Source: Patescibacteria group bacterium (GTDB lineage: Bacteria > Patescibacteriota > Microgenomatia > Levybacterales > GWA1-39-11). From it: DNA of 64,000 nt. Position 1 is the first letter of the stretch; each line of letters opens with the position of its first letter. A program made the position numbers and the translations under genes. The notes beneath the pieces are model-generated. The model was not told the origin of the DNA, ran no database searches, and worked only from the letters and a program-made list of their open reading frames with translations. Shown one piece after another: positions 16,678 to 25,757 of this stretch. The stretch is taken from positions 1,910-65,909 of the forward strand of contig DASZRG010000043.1 of the NCBI GenBank assembly GCA_035549295.1, written 5' to 3'.

Positions 16678-17070
16678 ATGAAATATAATGACCTTACGGA
16701 TGAAGAGAAACACGTTATTGAGGATCGGGGCACTGAGCGCGCGTTTACGGGTGAATATGACGACTTCTATGTTCCGGGGACTTTTATATGTCGTAAATGC
16801 AATCTCCCTCTATTCTCATCAAAAGCAAAATTTGATGCTGGATGTGGATGGCCGGCGTTTGATGATAATTTTCCAAATGCAATTCGTCGCATGGCTGACC
16901 CTGATGGTGAGCGCACTGAAATAGAATGCGCGAATTGCGGAGCACATCTTGGACATGTTTTTGAAGGTGAGCAGATGACTGAGAAAGATACTAGGCACTG
17001 TGTAAATTCACTTTCTATTCGCTTTGTTAAAGAAGGCGATAAAATACCTCCCACAATAACTGAAGAATAG
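16678..17070 (+). CDS. msrB: Peptide-methionine (R)-S-oxide reductase MsrB, cytoplasmic form
   Basis: The ORF carries two CxxC pairs (CRKC, CANC), the motif GCGWPAF and the catalytic RHCVNS. Confidence 0.9.
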   Translation: MKYNDLTDEEKHVIEDRGTERAFTGEYDDFYVPGTFICRKCNLPLFSSKAKFDAGCGWPAFDDNFPNAIRRMADPDGERTEIECANCGAHLGHVFEGEQMTEKDTRHCVNSLSIRFVKEGDKIPPTITEE

Positions 17071-17098
17071 TTGATATAATTTTTCTCCCAGGTCTTTT

Positions 17099-17662
17099 TT
17101 GTTTATGAAGAAGAAAATGTCGTATGGCAAGTTGTTTTCTATATTTCTCGCTGCCGGCTGGGCCTTTGGAGGCGGCTTGGGAGTAATTTTTGAGATGGAA
17201 AAACAACTCGTACACAAGCACCATTTCCTAAGTAAAAAAGAATTTATGTCTCTTTTTGCAATAGGACGCGTCGTTCCAAGTGGAACAGTCACGGCCATTG
17301 CGATCGCCGTCGGCTACAAATACAAAGGGCTTCTCGGAACTTTAGTTGCGCTTCTCGGGGTCATGATTCCAGGTTTTACAATAACTTTGATACTCGCCGC
17401 GCTCTATACTGTTTTTAAACAAAATAATTATTTTGAAATAATAAATGCCAGCATTATGCCAGCGGCAGTAGGCCTCATATTCCTCGCAGCAGTAAATATG
17501 GGAAAAGACGTTTTTCATTCACCGCTTCTTATTGCGTTCGCTCTAGCAGCATTTCTCGCGACCATGCTTGGCATGAGCGTTACACTTGTCATTGGACTCG
17601 GAGCACTACTTGGAATTGTTCTTTTCTCACAAATAAAGGAGGGTCATGATCTCCCTTATTAA
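17099..17662 (+). CDS. chrA: Chromate transporter ChrA family, N-terminal-half homolog (short-chain CHR)
   Basis: A 187 aa polytopic membrane protein with ChrA-like sequence. It is paired with a second half-size paralog immediately downstream. Confidence 0.75.
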   Translation: MFMKKKMSYGKLFSIFLAAGWAFGGGLGVIFEMEKQLVHKHHFLSKKEFMSLFAIGRVVPSGTVTAIAIAVGYKYKGLLGTLVALLGVMIPGFTITLILAALYTVFKQNNYFEIINASIMPAAVGLIFLAAVNMGKDVFHSPLLIAFALAAFLATMLGMSVTLVIGLGALLGIVLFSQIKEGHDLPY

Positions 17663-18179
17663 TCTCCTTTGGATATTTGTAGTCGATACAGTCATAACTT
17701 TTGGAAATGGCCCAGTCATACTACCGCTTCTCAATCAATCCCTAGTTCAACAGCTTCATGTTATCTCAAGCGATCAACTTCTTTATGCATATGCAATAGG
17801 AAGAGTAACACCCGGGCAGGTAAATCTTTATATTGCAGCTGTTGGATATTTTCTTTTTGGACCAGTGGGTGCAGTTTTATCCTCTATCTCAATAATTCTT
17901 CCTGGATTTTTGATGATTCCAATGGTCGCATGGTATGAAAAATTTCACAAAGTATCGATCATCAACAATCTAATAAAAGGAATAACAGTTGTATCAATCG
18001 GACTGATATTTACAGCAACAGTTGCCATCGGTCAGGATGTTTTGAAAGGAGTTAACACCTGGATCGTTTTCCTATCAGTTATTGTTTTTAACAGAGTATT
18101 TAAAATAAACGGCTTCCTGAGCTTCATCGCCGGAAGCGTACTGGGAATAGCAATCTATTTCTTCCCCCTCCACCACTAA
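17646..18179 (+). CDS. chrA: Chromate transporter ChrA family, C-terminal-half homolog (short-chain CHR)
   Basis: A 177 aa polytopic membrane protein. It overlaps the upstream partner by 17 nt, as is typical of short-chain CHR pairs. Confidence 0.75.
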   Translation: MISLINLLWIFVVDTVITFGNGPVILPLLNQSLVQQLHVISSDQLLYAYAIGRVTPGQVNLYIAAVGYFLFGPVGAVLSSISIILPGFLMIPMVAWYEKFHKVSIINNLIKGITVVSIGLIFTATVAIGQDVLKGVNTWIVFLSVIVFNRVFKINGFLSFIAGSVLGIAIYFFPLHH

Positions 18180-18236
18180 ATTACCCAAGCTTGACAACTA
18201 CCACTAAGAATTGCAATCCGATATAATTCATTTCAA

Positions 18237-18794
18237 ATGGATTCATCACCTGACTTAAAAGAAGGAAGAGGCTTAACCAGTTCTATTGATTTCTCCAGGG
18301 CACCGACTGAAATTCACGGCTATAGCTTCGGCGAACCTATTGATAGAAGTAATTATACAAGCTTTCTTATTGACGATTTCAAAAGATCAAGAGGAAAAGC
18401 TGCAGCACAAGTATATTCGTGGGAATGGATGAAAAACCACACTGGTGTAGATATTCCACGTTTATTAACACAATTTGTGCAAAGTGGTGGATTAAGCGTA
18501 TTGACCCCCGAAGAATCTTCAAGAGTTTTACAAGAATTTAGTAGAGAAGGTAGACACAAAAGAACAATAAATCAAATATCATATGAGGAAGATAAATCTT
18601 TTTCATCTCATCTATCCAAACAAATAATGGATGTTGTAAAAATACATAATAATCAAGGGAAAGCAATTATATTAAACGGACAAGATCATCAGGTCGGAGT
18701 AATTGATGAGAGCGTAATAGGAATGAGCAGAGATGACTTTCTGAAATGGCAGGCCACGGATGCTCAAAAAGATGAGAGCCTCTTAAGAGGATGA
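18237..18794 (+). CDS. Hypothetical protein (185 aa)
   Basis: Clean ORF with no recognised motifs. Confidence 0.5.
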   Translation: MDSSPDLKEGRGLTSSIDFSRAPTEIHGYSFGEPIDRSNYTSFLIDDFKRSRGKAAAQVYSWEWMKNHTGVDIPRLLTQFVQSGGLSVLTPEESSRVLQEFSREGRHKRTINQISYEEDKSFSSHLSKQIMDVVKIHNNQGKAIILNGQDHQVGVIDESVIGMSRDDFLKWQATDAQKDESLLRG

Positions 18795-18805
18795 CCCCAT
18801 AATCT

Positions 18806-18850
18806 TAATTGATGTAGACTTAATTTTTGTCGGGGACAAATTTGAGGGCT
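18806..18850. repeat. Direct repeat copy 1: duplicated msrB 3' end (last 9 codons, ALKFVPDKN-stop, plus about 15 nt of 3' UTR)
   Basis: The 31 nt core at 18820-18850 matches 19849-19879 with one mismatch, and similarity extends back to 18806 and 19834. Confidence 0.8.
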
Positions 18851-18856
18851 GATTTT

Positions 18857-19753
18857 TTATTGTTCATTTGCAACTCTTTCAAGATCTTGACCATTAATCT
18901 TGCCCATTTTAATACTATCTGTTACAAGTCTATTTGAAGGATTTGCTGTTTCTAGGATCACTTCTTCAGTTACGCGCACACCGAATTGACCTAATTTATC
19001 GGTTAGGTTTCTGTGAGTATCTCCTATTGTAATTAGAACCTTTAGCTGTCCCAAACTTAATTTTTGAAGTAAATCTGGATCTTTTTCGACTAAGGACGCT
19101 ATTTGTTGACCAAATTGACCTACCATAAACCATTCCCTTAAAGACTCAAATGCAACTGTATTTATAATTTTAGCCTTTTCCACTTCTGAGCCTTGTCCAG
19201 TAATTCCATAAATAACATCTCCTTGCTCTATCATCCCGCTTCTTAACTCATCTCCCTCTTCATTATCTACATCAAAAAAGCTTACTCTTGTCTGTGTGCC
19301 AGAAATTGCATCTGCAATTCTGCGATTAAAGGGGTACTGAACAAAATCTTGAACATCCCTATTATCCTGTGCCGATTCACCCGTATCTGCAAGAAAATCT
19401 AAACCTTCTTGTAAATTTTTAGTCCAGCCAAGTCCTTCAAGTAAATAGATATCTGCATCGCTAACTTGCTGCTCATAGCTTTGGTCGCCTAATTCCTCAG
19501 GCGTAGCATGTCTTCCGTATCTAATATGAGTATGGATACCTTGACCAAATTCACTTAAGAACTGGTAACCCTGGCCTAATTCTTCATCTTCTTGCAATCT
19601 ACTAGGAGGCACCAAAGGCGAAATTCTCTCTTTCTTTTGTGGTTCTTGAATAACATAATCTCCGTTTTCCTTAAAAAAGGAATTATTATGCCATGCCACT
19701 TGCGCATCAAGTCTACTATGTATACCTTGCTCAGCTGTATCGTCAATACTCAT
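18857..19753 (-). CDS. Hypothetical acidic protein (298 aa), flanked by the msrB 3'-end direct repeats
   Basis: Clean ORF. A TGTTATATT -10-like element lies 5 nt upstream of its ATG. Confidence 0.5.
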   Translation of the reverse strand: MSIDDTAEQGIHSRLDAQVAWHNNSFFKENGDYVIQEPQKKERISPLVPPSRLQEDEELGQGYQFLSEFGQGIHTHIRYGRHATPEELGDQSYEQQVSDADIYLLEGLGWTKNLQEGLDFLADTGESAQDNRDVQDFVQYPFNRRIADAISGTQTRVSFFDVDNEEGDELRSGMIEQGDVIYGITGQGSEVEKAKIINTVAFESLREWFMVGQFGQQIASLVEKDPDLLQKLSLGQLKVLITIGDTHRNLTDKLGQFGVRVTEEVILETANPSNRLVTDSIKMGKINGQDLERVANEQ

Positions 19754-19833
19754 GTTCTCAATATAACATAGGTTTTATATAAAGATTTAAAAATTCTAGA
19801 ATTTAGCTTAAAATTGTAACACTAAAGGAATTT

Positions 19834-19879
19834 GAATTGATTTATATATTAATTTTTGTCGGGGACGAATTTGAGGGCG
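19834..19879. repeat. Direct repeat copy 2: the functional 3' end of msrB2
   Basis: See copy 1. This copy encodes the actual C-terminus of the 19849..20397 gene. Confidence 0.8.
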
Positions 19880-20397
19880 ATGGAATTCATGCAATAGCGC
19901 TTGCCTGTGGGCTGTGGGCCATCGTCAAAGACGTGGCCCAAGTGGCCGCCGCATTTATCAAGAACTTCTATTCTTGGCTCGCCAGGAATACTATCATCTT
20001 CGCGAAGGACTAATGCATCAAGCTTAATAGGTGCCCAAAATGATGGCCAGCCAGTACCGGAGTCATATTTTTGCTCAGAGCGGAAAACAGGCTCGTTACA
20101 ACCAACGCTGTAATATGTTCCTTTTCGAGTCTCGTGATCTAGCGCTCCAGTAAAGGGCACTTCTGTCCCGGCCTGCCTGAGTATATTGAACTGCTCAGGA
20201 GTCAAGATTTTTTTCCACTCGGCGTCAGACTTGAACTCTGATTTGTCGAAGGATCCGGAGATGATCTTGGCGGTGCTCGCTGAGTTAGAGGTATTAGGAA
20301 TGTTAGTATTGTTAGAAACGAACCTTAGATAAACTAAAACACCGATAAGTACGAAAGCGACTGCGATAAAGGGTAGCTTGTTTTTCATGATGAGCAT
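19849..20397 (-). CDS. msrB: Exported or membrane-anchored MsrB (peptide-methionine (R)-S-oxide reductase)
   Basis: An N-terminal TM or signal segment ([17 protein letters not shown]) is followed by an MsrB domain ([24 protein letters not shown]). Confidence 0.85.
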   Translation of the reverse strand: MLIMKNKLPFIAVAFVLIGVLVYLRFVSNNTNIPNTSNSASTAKIISGSFDKSEFKSDAEWKKILTPEQFNILRQAGTEVPFTGALDHETRKGTYYSVGCNEPVFRSEQKYDSGTGWPSFWAPIKLDALVLREDDSIPGEPRIEVLDKCGGHLGHVFDDGPQPTGKRYCMNSIALKFVPDKN

Positions 20398-20615
20398 TTA
20401 CCTCCTGGTGCGCAAACGCCCCGGGGCATACTTGATGGCGATGCATGCGAACAATTTTCAACATTATCACACAAAAGCTTGGGTTTGCTGTGAATGAGGG
20501 CTTGTCTGTTGTTTATCTTCTGACTTAGAAAGAATAAAACCAAAGCAGAAAATATGATTAGAAGAAATAAAAATAAGTTGTTGTTTGATTTATTTTTTTC
20601 CTGCTTTTTCGTCAT
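20385..20615 (-). CDS. Possible small membrane protein (76 aa) with a Cys-rich C-terminal tail
   Basis: The ORF lies between the CcdA-Trx gene and msrB2, with one TM segment and a CDNVENC ... CAPGGKC tail. It overlaps the msrB2 start by 13 nt and has no homology support. Confidence 0.25.
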   Translation of the reverse strand: MTKKQEKNKSNNNLFLFLLIIFSALVLFFLSQKINNRQALIHSKPKLLCDNVENCSHASPSSMPRGVCAPGGKCSS

Positions 20616-20649
20616 GTATAGAGTATACCAATAAACAAATGTTAAAGGG

Positions 20650-20700
20650 TTAACGAATAAATTGTCTGATTCTGGACTTCCTCATTGCTTCGCAATGAGT
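20650..20700 (-). terminator. Long imperfect hairpin downstream of the CcdA-Trx gene (core CTCATTGC-TTC-GCAATGAG, with flanking ATTCTGGAC / GCCAGAAT)
   Basis: The inverted repeat is read directly. It has only a weak U tract, so it is a candidate terminator or stability element. Confidence 0.35.
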
Positions 20701-20800
20701 CGCCAGAATGACAATTCGACTAGAGCACATCGATACCCCAATCTCGACCCGACTCTCAAGAATTCGGCAAAACGGAGTGAATATTACGAATACAGAAGAA

Positions 20801-22582
20801 TCAGCCAAATGTAAAAGCAAACACTTGAATTCCTGGGGAGAATTCGAGATGCAGTAAGTGTTGGCCAGGTTTACCATGAAGATTGATCAAATCGTAAAGG
20901 CGATCTTGATCTATTGTCACAGTACCGTTTTTAACATCCGCGCCTGAACTCGAATCATCGACTACCTTACCATCCATCAGCACCTTAACGGATCCATTTC
21001 CGCTCGCCGGCTTGTGCATGACAAGATATACATGTTCTGCGGAAAACTTGTATTCCAAAACTGCATTATTACCGGTAGTTGAGTCTTCATCAGCAACTTG
21101 CCAGTTTCCACCAAAATTAAATGAATTAACCGGAATATCAGGTGCAAGATTTAAGTTTTTTTGATTGCCATTATTTATTGATCCATTTGGATAATAGTAT
21201 TCCATTCTTGAGGTACCAACATAAGTCTCAGGTGAAATCTCCTCAGTCGGGGTCTGGTCGGGCATATTAGATAGAGAGCCAGATATTTTTGCTCCCGATT
21301 CTTTTAGAAGCTCACGTATCGCTTCTTCTGACTGGTCATATTCTCCTTCACCAAAATGAGTTCTTCTGACTACTCCATTTTTGTCTATTAGATATTCCGC
21401 TGGCCAATATTGATTTGAGAAAGCATTCCAAGTCGCATAATCGTTGTCCTGAGCAACTGGATAGTGAATATTGTATTGCTTTATTGCATTTGCGACGTTT
21501 GTCGTATCATGCTCAAATGCAAATTCTGGGGTATGAACACCTATTACAACAAATCCATCATCTTTATATTTGTCATACCACGAAGTGACAAATGGCAGTG
21601 TGCGAATACAATTTATACAGGTGTATGTCCAGAAATCTATAAGAACAACTTTTCCTCGAAGATCTTTGAGTGACAGTACCTGCCTGCCGGCAGGCAGGTT
21701 CAGCCAATGATTTATACCAGTTATTTCTGGTGCCGGATAATTTTCATTGAGCAGACCATTAGTGCTTGGAGAAGTTGGCATCGGACTAAAAGGTTGTCCC
21801 ACAATATTTTTGTTTTGACTATTCCCTTTTATACTGTTCAGCTGAGATGTAACCGCAGAGTTGCTTTCGATACTAGTTATGAAGTTTGAATATGAAGGAA
21901 TAGCATTTAGAAGGTTTGCTTCAAGAACTTTGTCATAATTTGAAAATATGAGGAGTGCTGTCGCAATAATTATTACTCCAAAAATTTTCTGGAGATTTCC
22001 TGTATATTTATTAAGTGATCTACTCTTTTGCACAAATCTTTGTCCGGCGTATGAGAAAAGAAACAGTGGAATTCCAACACCTACAAGATAAACAAAAGTT
22101 ACAAGAATAATACTTGCCCCAACTGTGCGAGTCGCAGAAAGCGTTGCAATAGTTGCAAGAATTGGACCTGCACATGGAGCCCAAACAACACCTAGCGCAA
22201 GACCCGAAATAAAACCAGGTAAAAAGCCTCCCGCGAAGCGGGATCCGGCTCCGCCGGATAATTTTCCTGCAAACCCAGACACAAATCCCTCGACAATTCT
22301 AGTCAAGCTTGGAATAACCATTGTTGCACCCAAAAATAGAAGTATTAGAACAGCAACAATTCTTAAAATATTTGGATCAAAACCAAATAATTTAACAAGA
22401 TACGAAATTGATAAAGTTATAAAACCGAAAGAAAGAAGTATTCCAAGTGTTAAACCGAACGGTCTTCTGTGATCACCTCCGGCTGCCGCAGATGAGAGAA
22501 CAATAGGAAGGAGAGGCCATATACATGGGGCAGCAATCGTTACCAGACCAGATAGAAATGCAAAAAACAAAAGAATAACCAT
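20801..22582 (-). CDS. Fusion of a CcdA/DsbD-type thiol-disulfide transporter with a TlpA/ResA-like thioredoxin domain
   Basis: The N-terminal polytopic region has a conserved Cys (AAPCIWPLLP, WAPCAGP), as in CcdA. A thioredoxin fold (LIDFWTYTCINCIRTLP) follows, then an Asn/Ser-rich C-terminal domain. Confidence 0.8.
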   Translation of the reverse strand: MVILLFFAFLSGLVTIAAPCIWPLLPIVLSSAAAGGDHRRPFGLTLGILLSFGFITLSISYLVKLFGFDPNILRIVAVLILLFLGATMVIPSLTRIVEGFVSGFAGKLSGGAGSRFAGGFLPGFISGLALGVVWAPCAGPILATIATLSATRTVGASIILVTFVYLVGVGIPLFLFSYAGQRFVQKSRSLNKYTGNLQKIFGVIIIATALLIFSNYDKVLEANLLNAIPSYSNFITSIESNSAVTSQLNSIKGNSQNKNIVGQPFSPMPTSPSTNGLLNENYPAPEITGINHWLNLPAGRQVLSLKDLRGKVVLIDFWTYTCINCIRTLPFVTSWYDKYKDDGFVVIGVHTPEFAFEHDTTNVANAIKQYNIHYPVAQDNDYATWNAFSNQYWPAEYLIDKNGVVRRTHFGEGEYDQSEEAIRELLKESGAKISGSLSNMPDQTPTEEISPETYVGTSRMEYYYPNGSINNGNQKNLNLAPDIPVNSFNFGGNWQVADEDSTTGNNAVLEYKFSAEHVYLVMHKPASGNGSVKVLMDGKVVDDSSSGADVKNGTVTIDQDRLYDLINLHGKPGQHLLHLEFSPGIQVFAFTFG

Positions 22583-22647
22583 AACTACGTAATACCCTCT
22601 GATAATCCCGCGTCATAACGATCGGCGGTCGGGATCATCGCAAAATA

Positions 22648-23148
22648 TTATTTTGCAACGTGCCATATACCACCAATTCCGTCACCATATGCATCGCCAG
22701 AATCTTTGTCTTTTTCGTAGTAATACAATGGCTTTCCATCCCATGCATATTGGGTAGATCCATCGTCACGCTTGATAGTTGATAGATGTACTGGCATAGG
22801 AGATGGAGCGGCTCCAGTCATAAGATATGGCGGCCAAATTGTCGCGCATTGACCGGTACAATTACTCTTTGTGGCAGTATCTTTATCATATGTATAAAGA
22901 GTCATGTTTTTTGAGTCTGCTGCGATCTCGCCGAGCTTAGCATCCTTCTTCATCATTACAGCACTTTCCTGTGGAACTGCAGTGGGAGTCGGCTGCGCTG
23001 TCATTTTTGCATCTTCAACCATTTTCTGAGCTTCCATCTTGTAGGCTTCCATCTTGTCGGTTGCTCTCTGCCTTTCAACCAAAAAACCGACAAGACCACC
23101 TATCAAAAATGCAACAACGACCAATATCCAAGTTGTTGTTTTATTCAT
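22648..23148 (-). CDS. Secreted or membrane-anchored protein with a COG4315-like repeat (LYTYDKD ... C..C..WPP; secreted repeat of unknown function)
   Basis: An N-terminal TM helix is present. The paired motifs LYTYDKDTATKSNCTGQCATIWPP and LYYYEKDKD match that repeat family. Confidence 0.55.
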   Translation of the reverse strand: MNKTTTWILVVVAFLIGGLVGFLVERQRATDKMEAYKMEAQKMVEDAKMTAQPTPTAVPQESAVMMKKDAKLGEIAADSKNMTLYTYDKDTATKSNCTGQCATIWPPYLMTGAAPSPMPVHLSTIKRDDGSTQYAWDGKPLYYYEKDKDSGDAYGDGIGGIWHVAK

Positions 23149-23297
23149 ACTAATTCACCTCCCATCTGAGAGAATTATTTTTTAAAAATATCACGGGCAG
23201 GAAGAATGACCTTAGTAAAGCAAAATAGGCACGATATGTCAACTTGCAAATCAGTGTTTAAAACGTTATAAACAAGAATAATACAAATCAGATATAC

Positions 23298-23681
23298 ATG
23301 ATAAAAGGCATTGATTCAATACTTATAGGAAGCAGTAACGCAGCAAAACTTGCTGAATTTTATCGCGAAGTAGTTGGGCTCAAACAAACAATGGAATTTG
23401 AAATGGGCGAAAATGGTGAAAGCGGATTTTCATTTCAAGTAGGCGACCAATCTCTTGCGATCCTTGATCATTCTGAAGTTGTCGGTAAAAACAAAGCTCC
23501 TGGAAGACTTATCATCAACTTTGAAGTAAGCGATATTGAAAAAGAAGTTGCACGACTTGAAAGGCAGGATGTAAAGAAACAACAGGATATATATCATGTA
23601 GAAGGATATGGACTTATTGCGACATTTATAGATCCCGATGGCAACTATTTTCAAGTTGTTCAAATAAAAGCCGCGAATTAG
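23298..23681 (+). CDS. VOC / glyoxalase-family protein
   Basis: A 127 aa beta-alpha-beta-beta-beta module with glyoxalase-like sequence (IDSILIGSSNAAKLAEFYREVVGL). Confidence 0.65.
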   Translation: MIKGIDSILIGSSNAAKLAEFYREVVGLKQTMEFEMGENGESGFSFQVGDQSLAILDHSEVVGKNKAPGRLIINFEVSDIEKEVARLERQDVKKQQDIYHVEGYGLIATFIDPDGNYFQVVQIKAAN

Positions 23682-23745
23682 TTGAAAATTAATTCAAAAT
23701 CTTCAATACTGTGCTTGCAAAATATGATTTAGATGTTATTATATT

Positions 23746-24381
23746 TTGTGTCCTATGGAAGAAGATCAACCTAGTGAAATTTTTCAGGCCCCCCCAGAAT
23801 ACCAAAGCAGACTCTCGCGTCAAAATTCCGGCGGATCTGGCAAACGCTATCTTATAATCATAATCTTTATTGTTGTCCTTGTTGTAATAATTTTAGGAGT
23901 ATTTAAATTCTTACGAGGAGGAAAAAATACAGACGCAGATATTATGCCAACGCCAACCTCTGAAATTGCTCCTTCAGATACTCCTTCACCAACTCCTATT
24001 AACGGCAGTCCAACACCAACTGGTGCAGTTTCGACCACCCCAAGCCCTTCCACTACTCCGGGCGCATCATCAAGTATCGACAAAGCTACAGGTCTTGATA
24101 GAAGCAAACTAGCAATACATGTCCTAAATGGAAGCGGCGTGTCTGGTGCGTCAAAAAAAGCTAGCGATTTCCTGGAAGGACTTGGCTATAACGTTGTCGA
24201 ATCAGGAAATGCGGAGAATTTTGACTACGACAACTCGGAAATACAAATAAAGGCAAGCGATAGTAAATATCTTGCTCTTTTGAAAAAAGATGCTTCCTCA
24301 AAATATACGATTGGAAGCACTTCAGCAACCCTGAAAGAATCCGGACGAGACGACGCCGTATTCATCGTTGGAAAAGAGTAA
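23746..24381 (+). CDS. Membrane-anchored LytR_C (LytR/CpsA/Psr C-terminal) domain protein
   Basis: A TM helix is followed by a Pro/Thr/Ser-rich linker and a LytR_C-like domain (LAIHVLNGSGVSGASKKASDFLEGLGYNVVESGNAENFDY). Confidence 0.65.
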   Translation: MCPMEEDQPSEIFQAPPEYQSRLSRQNSGGSGKRYLIIIIFIVVLVVIILGVFKFLRGGKNTDADIMPTPTSEIAPSDTPSPTPINGSPTPTGAVSTTPSPSTTPGASSSIDKATGLDRSKLAIHVLNGSGVSGASKKASDFLEGLGYNVVESGNAENFDYDNSEIQIKASDSKYLALLKKDASSKYTIGSTSATLKESGRDDAVFIVGKE

Positions 24382-24387
24382 TTGCAA

Positions 24388-24498
24388 GGGTATCACGGGT
24401 ACCATGGGTATCACGAGTATCACAAGCTATTCATTTTTCAGCAATAACTGTCCACTATAGCACGTGATACTCTTGATACTTGTGATACACTTGATACC
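24388..24498. repeat. Inverted pair of four-unit 9-mer arrays (GTATCACGG-like units) separated by a 33 nt spacer
   Basis: Left arm GGGTATCACGGGTACCATGGGTATCACGAGTATCACAAGC. Right arm GCACGTGATACTCTTGATACTTGTGATACACTTGATACC, which is the reverse complement at about 75% identity. It starts 7 nt after the LytR_C gene stop. Confidence 0.85.
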
Positions 24499-24510
24499 TC
24501 TCATATAACC

Positions 24511-25116
24511 ATGTACACTCTTGCCCTTGATCACTTCGAAAAGAATGACCCCATATTATTTGAGGTTTCAAAAAACACAGAACCTTTTGAACTTGAAATA
24601 CATCCATACCCTTTTATCAGACTTCTCAGATCTATAGTTGGACAACAGCTTTCTGTAAAAGCGGCGAGTACTATTTTTGGCCGATTTGAAAATCTTTTTG
24701 AAAACAAAAATATTACACCCACCGGTTTATTAAAAATCACAGATGACAATTTAAGATCGGCGGGAATTTCTTATCAAAAAATTTCTTACCTTAAAGACTT
24801 TGCAAATAAAATAGTTGACGGCGAAGTGGTCCTTGAAAAATTTGCATTACTTGAAAATGAGGAAGTTATCGTAGAACTCACCAAAATAAAAGGCGTAGGC
24901 CGATGGACGGCGGAAATGTATTTGATGTCAACACTTGCGAGACCCGATATTTTTTCATATGGGGATTTGGGACTGCAAAATGCGATAAAAAAACATTATG
25001 GCATGAAGAATAAACCAACGATAAAACAAATGGAAAAACTTTCAAAAAAATGGTCGCCATTTAGAACTTACGCAGCAAGAATTTTGTGGAAAAGTCTTGA
25101 AAATAATCCAATATAA
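24511..25116 (+). CDS. alkA: HhH-GPD family DNA glycosylase (AlkA-like DNA-3-methyladenine glycosylase II)
   Basis: The helix-hairpin-helix GPD motif IKGVGRWTAEMYLM ... SYGDLGL is present. Confidence 0.75.
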   Translation: MYTLALDHFEKNDPILFEVSKNTEPFELEIHPYPFIRLLRSIVGQQLSVKAASTIFGRFENLFENKNITPTGLLKITDDNLRSAGISYQKISYLKDFANKIVDGEVVLEKFALLENEEVIVELTKIKGVGRWTAEMYLMSTLARPDIFSYGDLGLQNAIKKHYGMKNKPTIKQMEKLSKKWSPFRTYAARILWKSLENNPI

Positions 25117-25120
25117 TGTC

Positions 25121-25678
25121 TTAACTGATTTTTGCAACAATACCCTTAAATTGCATATAAATAACCTGAGCGAGAACTGAAAAGATTAAAACCATTGCCA
25201 TAAGCTCCCAAGAACGAAGCTCGAAAAATCCGTAATAAGCAACCTTTTTTGTATTTGTTACAATTTCCCAGGAATTGATTCTTAATATTCGCCCAAGCAC
25301 CATACCAAATCCGACTAAAAAATTTACAAAATATATAACCTTCATACTATTTTTTTTCTTAAATTTTTCCGCAATCATTCTTTCAAAAGGGTTTAGAGCT
25401 AAAACGAATGTAATAATTCCAAGCACGACGAGCACAAGATACATAAATAAATCCAACAATATATATACCCCACTTATTTTTTGCATATCTTCGAAAAAGT
25501 GATAAATATCGGTCAGCAAATATACTGTATTGGGCAAAAAACCCAACCAAACAACTCCTAAAATAACTCGTGTGATAAGTGACTGAGACTTATACATCAC
25601 TACGGCGATTACGACGGGGAGAAGTGCTAGGAGGATGTTAAAAGACATCCACTGCAAATTAAAAGCTAAAACATCCAT
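25121..25678 (-). CDS. Hypothetical polytopic membrane protein (185 aa)
   Basis: About six hydrophobic helices; no recognised motif. Confidence 0.5.
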   Translation of the reverse strand: MDVLAFNLQWMSFNILLALLPVVIAVVMYKSQSLITRVILGVVWLGFLPNTVYLLTDIYHFFEDMQKISGVYILLDLFMYLVLVVLGIITFVLALNPFERMIAEKFKKKNSMKVIYFVNFLVGFGMVLGRILRINSWEIVTNTKKVAYYGFFELRSWELMAMVLIFSVLAQVIYMQFKGIVAKIS

Positions 25679-25757
25679 TCAGAGTATCCTGCGAGATCTG
25701 CCAGTTTCGAGGTACATTATATTAGCAGGATTATGTGGATCAGTCAAATTAGCCAAT

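Noticed and set aside
17099-18179. ChrA encoded as two half-size ORFs: is this a frameshifted pseudogene?
   Set aside because: The short-chain CHR family is normally encoded as two adjacent ORFs of about 180 to 190 aa with a small overlap. Both halves here are intact and separately initiated.
20650-20877. The 75 aa ORF at 20650-20877
   Set aside because: It overlaps the 3' end of the CcdA-Trx gene in another frame and spans its downstream hairpin. It is likely spurious.
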